64,000 bases of DNA from the human T2T-CHM13v2.0 reference genome, Homo sapiens, in assembly GCF_009914755.1 (NCBI RefSeq), contig NC_060933.1; one strand, 5' to 3'. A program made the translations under genes and the position numbers. Below are positions 1 to 16,300 of the stretch, piece by piece (the stretch's first letter is position 1; each line of letters begins with the position of its first letter). The notes beneath the pieces are model-generated. The model was not told where the DNA came from. It saw only the letters and a list, made by a program, of their open reading frames with translations, and made no database searches.

Positions 1-541
1 AGTCTTTCCTGTGATTCATGCTAGATTTTCTCTACCAAGATCTATCCTCATGGTACTGAGTAGTTTGTACTCAGTCCACACCTGTAGGCAAGTCTGTACC
101 CCACGACTCTGCCTTCAAACCATACCCCATTTCTGTCATCATCAAGAATGGGGAAAGTGTGGCCCCTAAAGCTAACCATCTTATCTGTGTTAGAAACTTC
201 TGAATGGGGTTTAAGAATAGAAATGTTTGTTTGTTTTTGCTGAAAATGGAAAATAATATATTTCCTGATCTAAGACAAATAATTTCTACCAAGTATATAG
301 TGAAGCAGAAGAACTAGTAGTAAGCATACATAATTAAGAATAACACAGACAGAAACAAAGATAAAAGACCATGTTACCTTGAGAGCTACAAAAAAGTACC
401 TTCCTTTGTAACTTACTTTTTCTCATAGGTCCATGTGAGGCCAAACTACACTTTTATTACCAATAGATTCATCACTGACATTTAACGCAGCTTCTCCATG
501 CCTATGTTACTTGCAAAACCAAGCAAACCCCATATCTTTAC

Positions 542-650
542 TATATATATATATTTTATGTATATATATATATATATACATAAAATATATGTTTCAATCA
601 TATATGTTTGGAAATTTGATCTATATATACAAATATAGTTTAAAAATTTA
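542..650. repeat. (TA)n-rich tract containing a perfect 42-bp palindrome (549-590)
   Basis: atatattttatg-(TA)9-cataaaatatat reads identically on both strands. Confidence 0.9.
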
Positions 651-1189
651 TATTTTGTTTAAGTTTTTCTTCTGAATTTCAAAAAAGTAGCACCATAATT
701 TCTTGCCTTTCTCACATTAACCACAGAATAAAATTTTGTTTATCAGATGGCGGGTTTCTTGAAAGCAAGGAACTATTCCACTGGATCTTTTAACCCCAGC
801 ATTTAGTACTAACTGACATAAAGAAAGTCTCCAATAAATGTTGACTTGGTAAATGAATGATCCTGACATGCAGAGATTCTGTCTGACAGACTCTGGACAG
901 CATGAGAGTTCTTTATAAGTCCTGATGGTGACAATGGGTATTACAGGGAAAGAATATAGGACAAGGTCTTGGGAATAGGGTGATGAATTGAGGTAAACCC
1001 TTAACAAGAATGAGGTGGAGACATTTGATGTTTTTCTTCTCCCAAGAACCGGTTTATTCCCATAATTTCAAAAATGTCAATTTAGAAGTAAATTTAAAAA
1101 GTTCCTTTGCTATCCAAAGAGTGACCAACTTCCTTTTCACCTTCCTGGAATCAAAGAACAAAATGTGGCCGTTAAAAGAGGCTGTTTGG

Positions 1190-1537
<348 letters not shown>

Positions 1538-2415
1538 TTATGTTCCAGAATGCCTAATTTGAAGGCTTATGATTTGCTGAGGCAATGCAGCCAACTAGCT
1601 GTGCACAGCAGCTGCATGTTTATGTCTGATCCACAGTTAGAAAGATACGTCCATAAAATATGAAAACGTGATGATAAAAGCTCTGAAGTAATACCATGTA
1701 AATGGCACACAATTGGCTGTGCTGGACTGACCATGAGCACAGGGTGCCAAAAATGGTGCAAGACACAGTCTCAATTTTAACTTCCAAAAGTTATTGGAAA
1801 GTAATTGATTAAAACTGATAAACCATTGATATTTACTTGATTTCTATTCTGTCTACAATCTTTCACTTTAACCACATTGTTTCTTAGAATTTAAAGGTGA
1901 TAGATATGGAAAGCCAGTGACAACATGGTTCAATAGGTATATACTCTTATATGGCCATAAATCATTTTCTCTGACCCCGTTCTAATCAGCCTTTTTGTTT
2001 TTGTTGCATATTGAAAGGGAAAAATATAGATATGTTTAAGGCTTAGGAAGATAAGATGATGAAACGGAATAAGCCTTCTTTGTTAACTGCAAGATCCAAA
2101 ACACATTGATGCATCATTATCATTCCTGAGAAGAGTGATAATGATTTTATTACAAATAATGGCCACCTTATTAAAAATAAGTTACTTTTAAAAATACATT
2201 CTATATCTCGTTTAAAGTTATCTTTACGTGATGCTTCCTAATTTCTATTTTTTCAAAACTGTGAGGAAACCTGAAATTGCATTTAGATTACTAGGTAAAG
2301 AGGTAGGCTGGAAGGAGTAATGCTACTGTACTGAAAGTGAACTTCATCCTTCATTTATCTGACAAGAAATACAAACTTTTAAGTTATTAAAATAACAGGT
2401 TTTAGGATTTCATTA

Positions 2416-3612
2416 TGTCACAGTATCCTTCAGGTGTTGCTTCGCCAGCTGGAAACCTCTGTGGCTAGTGGCGCCTCTGCTTGAGTTTCGCTTGCATCCT
2501 CTGGGCTCATTACAACAACTAGGCCCACCAGCTGTGCTCATCTCATGCTACTGGCCCAGATCCCACGCCCACTGAGGGTGAGCCAGGTGCAGAGTGGCGA
2601 GGGGTCTGTGAGCGAGCAAGCGCAGGGTCTGGCCACTGCACACACCCAGGTGCACTGACTGCTGTGGCGGGGTGGGCAGCTCCTGGCGTTGGCATAGGCG
2701 CCTACTTCATGCAAGGCTGCGGCTGGACCAGTTGTACCACAGGTGGCTTCTGCTGCAGGCTCCAGCATCTGGAAGAGGGGAATGCAGTGGCGCCCAAAAA
2801 CTCGGAAAGGCCAGTAACTCTGGAGTCCCAAAGGGTGGAGGGAGTATGCTACAGCTCTCTCACTACTGCTGCCTGCAGCTCGGGGAACAGGGTAGGGGAT
2901 GTGTTTCAGCTTGATCAGTCCTGCCACCTCTCTCCAGCCTGCAGGTCCTGGGCTGGCCTGGCGCCAGCACCGCTTTCTGTCATATAGGATGGCCGCTCGA
3001 CACTGGCAGAGGGCAGGAAGGCTACAGTGTTACTGTTCTTGCTAGGAGAATCTAAAGTCTGGGCCCCCAGATTGGTAGCAGCTCTTCACTTCTGCAGTCC
3101 GACAAAGGGGAGTTTGTCACCACTCGTAACTTGGCCAGCCAGCCAGTAATGTGTTACAGCCCTTTTCACATCCACTGTTCATCAAGTCCCAAGTTCTTGT
3201 CCCACATCCAGGAAGAATGAGCTTACGGTGGACAACTGGAAGAGAAGAGTTTCATTTAGTGACAGAAGAGCGCTCAGCAGAGAGGAGACCAAAAGTCAGT
3301 ATTTCCTACCTGCAACTGGGTAGTCCCAACATGTGGCTGAGATGGGGCTTTCATGGGCTAAGAATGGGGAAAGTGTGTGTTGATTGGTCCATGGGTGGGA
3401 GAATTGTCTGCTGGTTGGTTCATGGGCAGGCCTGGAAAAAGCACCATTTGATCGGCTGAAAGACATCAAGGAAGTTCTCACTCTGGGTGGTGGATTCTAC
3501 CTGGAACTGGCAGCCGGGTTTTCAGGCTTCAAGCTGTCTTTGGCTTGAAGGTCGCATATCACTGGGGACACCCCTATCTGCTTAGGAATTTGTCTGCCTC
3601 CTGCAGCTATCA
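2416..3612 (-). mobile_element. ERV1 solo LTR, MER52 family
   Basis: TG...CA termini (tgtcacag...gctatca), 4-bp TSD atta at 2412-2415 and 3613-3616, GC-rich body matching recalled MER52 consensus. Confidence 0.85.
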
Positions 3613-4799
3613 ATTAGTGTCATTTTTATGCTGAATAAATCCTCAAATCCTGTCTTAGATGTTTTCATTCGCTTTCAGAGGATTATTGACTAAAACCAAC
3701 TTGATGTGTCCAATGTTTGGGGAAAGCGGATTTCTGGAATGACCAGGTTATCAGCAAATCTCATATGACTTTATTAAACTCAAATTTTATTGAAAGTTTA
3801 TTGCTTCCTACAAGTCCTCAGGAAATGCGAACACTATGGAGTTTGAGGGCATTTTTCCTTGAAGAAAGAAAGGAGAGTTTATGCGCATACAACAAAGGCC
3901 TGAGCTGACCTTCCCTCCACTGTCCTGCCAGGTCTGTTCCACAGGAGTTTTGGCTTAAGGGATGTGATACCGCACTTGGAATTCATGTAGTCTTTTTGCT
4001 TTGTATCTTCTGAACATTCCAAAAATATTTGACTTCAGTATTTGGCTCCAAGTTATGTATCTTTCTTCTGAAGAGGAGCCATGAACACAGTAGATAGATG
4101 TTGTAACTCAAAACATGAATATCAAACTTGATATGACTGTTGTTGTGATTTGGATTTTGGCTATATTTTAGTAAAAGAGAGTTTATATTAGATCATGTTT
4201 ATAAGTTTAAATATTGGGTTTTTCAGGTTTATGATTTGTGAGGCCAATAGAAAGAAGATGTTTATATCAAACTGTCATAAAAATTTCAGAATCTGAGATG
4301 TTTAGAAAAAATACTAAACAGGTATTGCTCAGGAGATGCAAAATTATTTAGGCAGATGTTAGGTTCAAGTTGACTGATTTTTCTGTGGTTCAATATATAG
4401 TAATTGTATATTACTACAGTTTGTTTTTGAATAGAAAATACAATGATTTGTTCTTGTGAGTAAAATGTATAATGATTTTTTATAGTCAAGGAGATTCAGA
4501 TTTTAATCCTATCCTATTTACTAAATGGGTAAGGAAACATTTTAATATTTCAATATCCTGATCTAAACAAAATACTATATCTAATTCATACTATATTTAA
4601 ATACAATTCTGATTCTAAAGTTTTTGATGGTAAATAAAATAATCTATTTAAAGCACTTAAATTCTCTAAAATATAGTAACTGATCAAAAATGTCTGTTTT
4701 TATTTTCCTCACAAATAGGAAGACAATACTTACATAATCTCAAACAAAAACATGAATGCCTGTGCTAATATTAGGTAACAAGAGTGGACAATTATTTAT

Positions 4800-5000
4800 G
4801 AAACATTTATTACAAAGAGAAAATTATATAATGGAAATTTCTCATTTCAACCTCATCATCACCTTATATGAACGAGCTACATTTTTCCCCACTTCACAGA
4901 AGAAAATAATGAAAAAGACTTAATAAACTTGTCTGAAACCAGACAATTTATCAGTGGTAGACAAATGATTTGATTGTAACAATCTAATCCTAAAGCCTAT
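4800..5000 (-). mobile_element. MIR, degraded
   Basis: ccccacttcacagaagaaaa...aacttgtctgaaaccagaca resembles the MIR core in reverse orientation. Confidence 0.55.
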
Positions 5001-5397
5001 ACAGATCATTTAGAGGTATAATAATAAAGTTCTAAAAGAAAAAAAAAGAAAGAAAGGTTTCAAGAGCCTAACAGTTAAAAGAACTGAGATGGATACAACA
5101 TCTCACACTTAAAAGTTACCACTTCATATAGTCCACTTCACATTTCACAAATAGAATAACTTGACAATCATAAACTTCCATTTACCACACCATTCCTTTA
5201 TTGTCACATATTTCACAAGTGCATTTTTATGTCACTTTATTTTTCTTTAAACAGTCATTTGTGTTTCTAAAAATTATAAGAAAAATATTATTATAGATGT
5301 ATCTACATTTTTAAAAAACTTTTCTGGTATTTTTCTTTCTTTTCATTTCCATATGCTATTGTTTCACTTTAGTCAAAAGAACACCCTTTAACATTTC

Positions 5398-7504
<2,107 letters not shown>

Positions 7505-7557
7505 TGTAGTTCAGTTCTGCTGGTGGCAAATGCACTCAGCTTTTGCTTCTCTTCATG

Positions 7558-8020
7558 TGTTGTTATGGAATGGTGTCCCCAAAAATTCATATGTTGAAGT
7601 CCTAATTCCCAGTACCTCAGAATGTGAACTTATTTGGAAAGAGGATATTTTCAGATGTAATTAGTTAAGATGAGGTCATACTGGTATAGGGTGGGCTTCT
7701 AATTCAATATATGACTGGTGTTGTGACAATAAACCATGAGAAGACATATAGATACTCACAAAAGGAAAACACCATGTAAAGATGAAAGCAGAAATTGGAG
7801 TGATTCTTCTACAAACAAAGTAATGCTAGAGATTTCCAGCAAACCACCAGACATAAGCAAGAGGTATGGAGCAAATTTTCTGCCATAACTTTCAGTAAGA
7901 AGCCATCCTTCAGGCATGTTAATCTCAGACTTTTGTCCAGAACTGTAAAACAATAAATTTCTAATGTTTAAGCCACCGAGTTTGTGGCAATTTGTTATGG
8001 CAGCCCTAGAAAACTAATAT
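7558..8020 (+). mobile_element. MaLR solo LTR, MLT1C-like
   Basis: aaaattcatatgttgaagtcctaattcccagtacctcagaatgtga start; gcagccctagaaaactaata end. Confidence 0.8.
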
Positions 8021-8564
8021 GCATATTTTTATTTTATGTTTGTATGTAAGGATGTATTCAATGATAGAATAACGATGTAGAATGCTAGGAATGACAAGGG
8101 TTTTTTGTTTTGTTTTATTTAAATAATTTAAACAGTTCTTAAAAGCTGCTCTTCCAATTTTTTTGGTAAAAAAGAATAACAGTTATTCCTTCTATGTTTC
8201 AGGTATATATCTTGTCTTTTATCTAGCTGCTTTCAAATATTTTTCTGTATGTTTCTTATTCAATAATTTTGCCATAATATTTCTAGTTTTTTTTTGTTGA
8301 TCCTTCTTGACGTTTGCTGAGCATTATGCATATGAAAGTCGATGGATTTCAGAAAATTTAAGCACATTTCAATCTCTATTTTAACAAATACTTCCCTGCT
8401 GCATCCTTAATCTCATCTTCTTCTGGGATTCCTATTAGATATATGTCAAATTACTTAAAATTCTATGTATCTGAGTATCTTCATATCTTTTTCTCTTTCA
8501 TCAGTTTTTAAAAATGAATAATTTTTTGAGGTCAGTCACAGGAATGCTTGATTTTCATTGATTT

Positions 8565-9590
8565 TTAAAATCTTTTTTATGTGTATAAATGTATAAATGT
8601 ATGGGGTAAGAGAGTAATTTTTATATGCATAGATTGCTTAGTAGTGAAGTCAGGGCTGTTAGTATATCCATCACCTAAATAATGTGCATTGTACATGTTA
8701 AGTAATTTCTTATCATCTACCCCACTCCTACCTTCTCAACCTTCTGAGTCTTCAATGTCTATCATTCCACACTCTATGTCCATGTGTAGACATTATTTAG
8801 CTCCCACTTATAGGTGAGAACTTGCAGCATTTGTCTTTCTGTAACAGACTTGTCTCAGTAAAGATATTGGCCTCGAGCTTCATTTATGTCACTCCAAAAT
8901 ACATGATTTCTATTGTGAGTAGTGCCACAGTAAACATACGTGTACATGTGTCTTTATAGCAGCATGATTTATAGTCCTTTGGGTATATACTCAGTAATGG
9001 GGTGGCTGGGTCAAATGGTATTTCTAGTTCTAGATCTGTGAGGAATCGCCACACTGACTTCCACAATGGTTGAACTAGTTTACAGTCCCACCAACAGTGT
9101 AAAAGTGTTCCTATTTCTCCACATCCTCTCCAACAATGATAGACTGGATTAAGAAAATGTGGCACATATACACCATGGAATACTATGCAGCCGTAAAAAA
9201 GGATGAGTTCATGTCCTTTGTAGGGACATGGATGAAGCTGGAAACCATCATTCTCAGCAAACTATCACAAGGACAAAAAACCAAACACCGCATGTTCTGA
9301 CTCATAGGTGGGAATTGAACAATGAGAACATCTGGATGCAGGAAGGGGAACATCACACACTGGGGCCTGTCGTGGGGTGGGGGGAGGGAGGAGGGATAGC
9401 ATTAGGAGATATACCTAACATAAATGATGAGTCATTAGGTGCAGCACACCAACATGGCACATGTATACATATGTAACAAACCTGCATGTTGTGCACATGT
9501 ACCCTAGAACTTAAAATATAATAAAAAAAAGTATACATATATAAAATACATGATTTCACTCTTTTTTTATTGCTGAATAGTATTCCAGGA
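8565..9590 (-). mobile_element. L1PB-type 3' end, interrupted at 8911-9542 by a younger L1
   Basis: L1PB 3'UTR motifs (gtgaagtcagggct, atttagctcccacttata); continues after the TSD as actctttttttattgctgaatagtattcca. Confidence 0.75.
8911..9542 (+). mobile_element. L1PA4/5-like insertion with 5' inversion (inverted 8911-9132, forward 9129-9530)
   Basis: Antisense ORF2 end joined to sense ORF2 end, 3'UTR and A-tail; 15-bp TSD aaaatacatgatttc at 8896-8910 and 9543-9557. Confidence 0.95.
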
Positions 9591-10240
9591 AACACTTTTG
9601 TAATACATTTTCAAGTTCACCGAAATCTTCCGCCTACTCAAATATACTGTTAAAGCCATACAGTGAATTTTTAATTTCATTTTCTTTTAGAATTTTTATT
9701 TTGTTATTTTATCTGCTCAACTTCCCCAAGTGGTTACTCATTAAGACTGTACTTACTTTAGTTTTTTAATACTTTTAAGTTTAACTTTTTAACCATTTTA
9801 CATTCACAGCATTGAGAAATCATTGTCACAGTCTAAGTTTAGAGCATTTACATCTCCATAAAAGAAACCCCGTATTTATTGTCAATTACTCTCCGTTTTT
9901 TAACACTACTTCACAGGCAACCACTAATCCATTTTCTTGTCTATGAATTTGCCTATTCTGTACATTTAACATAAATGTGATTATGTAGTATTTGGTCTTA
10001 TATGACTGCCTCCTTTCACTTTGCCTCATTATAGCAAATATTAACACTTTTTTATTGACAAATACTATTCTATTATACTCACATTTCATATTTTATTTAG
10101 CTATTCATCAGTTAAGGGACATTTGGGTTGTTTCCACTGTTTGCAAATAATACTACTATAAACATTTTTGTACAAGTTTTTGCATAGATATATTTTTGTT
10201 CTTTTCTCTTGCATATACACTTAGGAGTGGAATTGCTGGG

Positions 10241-10716
10241 TGTAATGGTTCCCTATTGCTGCTGTAACTATGACAAATTTACTTGCTTAAATCAATGCAA
10301 ATTTACTTTATTACAGTTTGGTCATAAATTCAAAATGGGTATCACTAGAATAAATGTAAGATGTTAGCAGAGCTGTACTGGGTGCTCTGGATGTTCTAGC
10401 AGAGAATCCATTACCCTTGCTTTTTCTAGGTTTTGGAGACCACCTGTATTTCTAAGCTTGTGTTCTTTCTCTTTTTCCATCTTCAAAACCAGTTGAGTAA
10501 CATGCTTAAATCCCTCTCTGACACTTTTCCTTCCTTACTTCATTTGTAAGAACCCTTATGACTACATTGTGCCCACTCAGATAATCACCTCATCTTAAAT
10601 TCCTCAACTAAATCGTAACTGCAGAGTCCCGTTTGCCATGCAAGATAACACTTACAGATTATGGAGATTAGAACATGTGTATGTTTGGAGGAGGACACAT
10701 TATTCTCCCTACCTCA
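10241..10716 (-). mobile_element. MaLR solo LTR, MLT1D-like
   Basis: TG...CA ends with perfect 5-bp TSD ctggg (10236-10240, 10717-10721). Confidence 0.85.
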
Positions 10717-10887
10717 CTGGGTCATATGGTAACCCTTTATTTAACTTTTTAGGAACTGCCTGTTTTTTAAAGTGGCTGCTTCATTTCACACTCCCACCTG
10801 TAAATTATGAGGTTTCTAATTTCTCCACATTCTTACAAACACTCGTTTATTGTCTGTCTCTGATAATACTCATCCTAGTGGGTTTGT

Positions 10888-10924
10888 ATCACTTCTCGAC
10901 CTTTTGGCCAAGATCAAGTCTAGT
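10888..10924 (+). pseudogene. 3'-truncated (tailless) U2 snRNA retropseudogene, U2 nt 1-37
   Basis: atcacttctcgaccttttggccaagatcaagtctagt vs U2 ATCGCTTCTCGGCCTTTTGGCTAAGATCAAGTGTAGT (33/37); degenerate TSD ctagtgggtttg / ctagtcggtgtg. Confidence 0.92.
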
Positions 10925-10970
10925 CGGTGTGAAGTGGTATATTATTGTAAATTTGTAAATTTGATTGGCA

Positions 10971-11290
10971 TTTTTACTTTTTTTAATTAATTAATTAATT
11001 TATTTATTTTGAGATGGAGTCTCGCTCTGTTGCCCAGGCTGGAGTACAGTGGCATGATCTTGGCTCACTGCAACCTCCGCCAGCTGGGTTCAAGTAATTC
11101 TCCTACCTCAGCCTCCCGAGTAGCTGGAACCACTGGCGCGTGCCACCAAGCCCAGCTAATTTTTTGTATTTTTAGTAGAGACGTGTTTCACCATGTTAGT
11201 CAGGATTGTCTCCATCTCCTGACCTCATGTTCCACCCGCCTCAGCCTTCCAAAGTGCTGGGATTACAGGCATGAGCCACCCAGCCAGGCC
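10971..11290 (-). mobile_element. Alu (AluS, AluSc-like)
   Basis: Full antisense Alu; degenerate TSD tgattggcattttt / tgatctgcattttt. Confidence 0.96.
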
Positions 11291-11324
11291 TGATCTGCAT
11301 TTTTCTAATGGCTAAGGTTGTTGA

Positions 11325-11705
<381 letters not shown>

Positions 11706-11970
11706 CAGAATAAACTTTATTCTACAATATAATCTTCATTCCTAAAGCTCAGCTTTTCTGTCTCAGATAAATGCCTGAGGCATTAATGAGAAGCCAAGTA
11801 TGTCTCTTCATGTTAACTGTGCTAATCCTCCAATGCCCCCACTACTGCTTGGCATCTTATGTCTCTGTTCCATTTTCAACTCTGTAGCAGCTGGTTTTTG
11901 GAAGGCTTTGTGTAAACTCATTCTGCATGCTTGCAGCCCATCCATAATACAGGGAATTTTAGGGGAGCTT

Positions 11971-12070
11971 CACACCTCTGGCACCTCTGACACCTCTAGA
12001 CTTTCACACCTCCGGCACCTTCACACCTCTGGCACCTCTCCACCTCTGGCACCTCTCCATGCACCTCACA
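11971..12070. repeat. Degenerate ~9-bp minisatellite (CACCTCTGG-like), 10 CACCT cores
   Basis: CACCT at 11973, 11982, 11991, 12007, 12016, 12024, 12033, 12041, 12050, 12062. Confidence 0.85.
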
Positions 12071-13856
12071 TCTTTGCTGCTGTGTCTAACCCCTTCTGGT
12101 GCTTCAAATTCTGAATTCTTCCTCCTCAGCTCAGCACAAATGCTCTGCTCTCCTCAGATTTCAACTTTCGGTGCCATCATTGAAAAATTGTGCCCAGCCA
12201 GATAATAAGGGCAATTATGGAGATCACTCAAAGTTTCCTTCCTCTGAGAAACAGTAGTATTCTAATGCCTCTTGTCCAATGTCAGGAAACTTTTTTGCCT
12301 CATATATTTTGCCCAGGATTATGGTCACTTATAAGTAGAAGGCTAGTCCATTATCAATCATTTCATCATAGCTAGAAGTCAGACAGAAACTTTTGACAAA
12401 TAGTATCAATGACACTCATCCCAACATTTCTCAATGTTGGAAATTCTATAACCTTTATAAAGATACATGTATGGTAATGTATACTGACTTAAATTTCATT
12501 GTCTGCTGTATTTTAGGGAAACAGTTTCATGGCAATGTTCGCAATGAACATAGTGGAACTTTTTCAGGCACTTTTAAGTGGAAAAAACTTTTCAAATCTA
12601 AGTTAAAATATAACCATATATGCTATAAAATATAAGATAGCTAAATCTGTGTGTGTTAAAGTAATTAGAAATAATTCACCACTGATCTGCTGGACCATAG
12701 CAAATCTCTTCAAAGTAAGTTTTAAATATATCCCAATTCATTAAATTGGAGCAGGGGGATATAGAATAAATGCTTTGTGGAATACAGAATGATGTAATAA
12801 TTATGTTTCCCAGAAAGGGATTGTACTATGAATTCTTCAGTTTGGCGCCTTCCTCAGTTAACAGGTGTTAGAACCTTTATATGTCACTTTATGTGGATTC
12901 ATAATGTTCCTTTGAAAAGCTTCATAAAACTCTGTTGTATAAATACACTATACAATTTTATCTAATTCCTTTTTGATGGATATTAAGACTACATCCATAT
13001 TTTCACTATTATAGTTATCTCAAAAATAAGATATTCTTATTATCTAACAATAAATTAGAGTGTTCAATTCAATTATCTAGCAATAAATTGGACTGACTGC
13101 TTCTATGGGCTAAAAGCAAATTGGCATTTTATGTTTCTCATCTGTCCACTCTTTTAAAGAAGGAAAAAAAGACTACCATTTTATTTCATATTGCTTTAAT
13201 TATTTCTAGTTTTGACTAAGTTTTTAAATGTTTAATATCTACATGGATTTCTTTGTTAGCGTGTTTTACAGTATTTTTCTGCTGAGTTATTGTATTTTCT
13301 CTGTTAGTATATTCTCAATTTATTACTTACTGTATAACTTTAGTAATGTTTTTTAATTAACCAAAACTTAAGTTATCTTCATGTATAAAATGAAAAAATT
13401 ATTTTTAACACATTAATATTATAACTAAATTAGATAGCAAACACTTAGCAAATGTTACCCATTCTTAAACTTTTTAAGAAAGACTCTTGGTATGCTATGA
13501 ATGTTAACGATCGGTTGTTAACATACACAGCAAAAATTTTCTTTTTTTGCTTTTTATTCCTCCACTTGTAAGCCTTAAATAAGTTTTAATTTGTTTATAT
13601 ATAACTTTGTTCATATTTCCTTAAGGATTACTGATTTTATGCTATTGTTTTGAAAGATTTCAATTCTAAACTCAAAAATATATTTAGCCATATTTTATTC
13701 TAATTCATCATTCATGTTTTACATTTAACTAGTTGATATACATGTATCTCACTTTTTATATTACATATATGTGTGTAAGGACAAAGTTAACGATCTAATT
13801 TTTTTTTACTTCAGTTCAACTAGTTGCTCAAAGTCTGGATTTTCATTACTTTTAAA

Positions 13857-14062
13857 TTATATATATGGTTTGCTTTTCTTATACCAGTAAATAACATATA
13901 TATATATGTTATATATGTTATTTATATATATGTATATATACATATATGTAATTACATATATATAATTATATATTAATATATATGCAATTAATATGTAATT
14001 TATATATATACATTAACATATATATGTAATTATATATATTATATATAATTATATATATAACT
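13857..14062. repeat. Complex (TA)n-rich tract with short palindromes
   Basis: Nearly all A/T; e.g. ataacatatatatatatgttat (13891-13912) is a perfect palindrome. Confidence 0.9.
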
Positions 14063-15984
14063 ACTCTGAATGTATAACATACACTAGTATTTATGCAACT
14101 ACTTCCCCATTTATCATTTATTTTATAATTTTATTGGCTATGTCCACTTGTGGGTTTTTCTAAAGTTTAAAATTATTTTCTTAAGGTCCAAAAAAATTTG
14201 AATTTTTTCCTTCAAGTTGCATTAAGTTGATGGATTTAGAAGAACAAATATATTTATACTATTGAGTTACCTGAGAAAAACTTATGTCTTTCACTTTTTA
14301 TGAATTTTTCATGTATGTAACTCAGCAGTATTTAATATTCTCTTTATATATGTCATAAATATTTCTTCTACATTTCTCCTAGGTATTTTACTATTTTGTT
14401 TTCCGTAAAATTTATCTGGTCTTTTAAAATCATAGCAATAAACTTACTATCATCTGTCTCTAGAAAAAATATTGAATTTTATATTATTTTCAATGAGTCC
14501 CCAAAATATTTTTTACATTTTCTTAGTTTTCTCACTAAAATTCTTAAAGTTTCCAAATATACAATTAGTCTACTTGTTATAATATTATATTCTACCTTCT
14601 ATTTATTCCTTTGTTAGATAGTAAAATATATTTAATTGCATGCTATTAAGTGAGTAGTAAGGCATAGATGTTTGAATTAATCAAATGCCATGTCAACATC
14701 AAACCTACAATCATGTGTTATTCTCTTTGGCCTTTAAGTTTGATGTATTCCATTAATAGATTTTCCAATATTTACATTGTTTTACAGTCTTTGAAGTGAC
14801 ACCTGCTTTTCCTTTCATTGCTACATATTGACACATCTATTCTTTCATTTCTTACTTCCGTAGTGATGATCTCTTATTTTGCATGTGCAGAGAGGTTCAT
14901 ATCTAAAGTATTCTCTCAAGTTTTTGACAAATACTACAGTGTAGTAATCATCAGTAGTTTGCATTTAGAGCCCTCATTCTCATTTTTTCAGAAGTCAATT
15001 TTTTTCTCTTTACTTTAGAATTCTGTGTATATTCATTTTTGCTCTGTTCTCTGTCTAGCTGTGGATGTTTCTATCAAAATTAGTTGAAAAGCTGGGTTTT
15101 GACTGTTTAGCATCTATTCAATATGTCTTTTGCTTGGACGGCAAGGAGTGTGAGGAAATAAGCTGGAGCACCCAATGTCATTGATGTGAGTATGTCATCT
15201 CTTGGGACACTTTGCTGTAAAATATGACAAATCCTTTGCCCATGTCTCCCCTCAGCATCTGATAGTTTCTTCTTAGTTGGAAATCTAATGTTGAGGGTAG
15301 AAGTGAACACATATTGCAGAGAGATCTTTTGTTTGGTTGGTTGTTGTGTATCTAACTCTGCTAGTTATCTCTGAAAAACTGAGTTAAATGTGTATTTCTA
15401 CCTCTCTCCTATCTGCTTTGACAAGCACTGATTTGGACAGCGGGTTGTTCCGGAAAACAAACACAAAAGGAATGAAGAAGATGAATGTGCCACCACTGGG
15501 GTAAGAAAACAAGGTAGATGACCTAACTTAATCTACTTAGGTGCTTGTCAACTGGACTTCTGTATATGCTGGAAATTATTTAGTAAACCTGATACTATAT
15601 AGGATCACTGATAGTGATTATCTAATTTAATTAAGTGGGACTGTGTGTTCATCACCGTTTCCCTCTGTCCTAGAATCTACAGACCTCACAGAGATGGCTG
15701 GTTCTCTCTAGAGTAATATGATATTTTCTTTCCTAAAAACAACAAAACTCATCTAATGCAAATCTTAAGTGGTAAAAATTTTTTTACTATTTTTCTTAAA
15801 GGGTAATGGCATTTTTACTCTTTTGCTTATATCACTAGCTATCTCTTAATTTTTTCTGATTTTTTTCTTTACATTACAGAGCACTTCTCAGCTGTGTATT
15901 TAAAAGGAAAAATACTTATTGAGCCCTTATTTTGTGCCAGGAATAACACCAATCACTCATTTTGCACTTATTTTACAATTTTCA

Positions 15985-16300
<316 letters not shown>

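Noticed and set aside
144-161. 18-bp exact match (aagaatggggaaagtgtg) to ~3360-3377 in MER52
   Set aside because: No extension on either side; plausibly coincidental
2538-3481. Cluster of overlapping 60-129 aa ORFs in GC-rich sequence
   Set aside because: Entirely inside the MER52 LTR; GC richness explains the lack of stops; no recognisable protein
15427-15506. Possible + strand exon ending at donor GGG|GTAAGA (15500)
   Set aside because: Good donor but ambiguous acceptor, no recognisable peptide, no partner exons; needs RNA data
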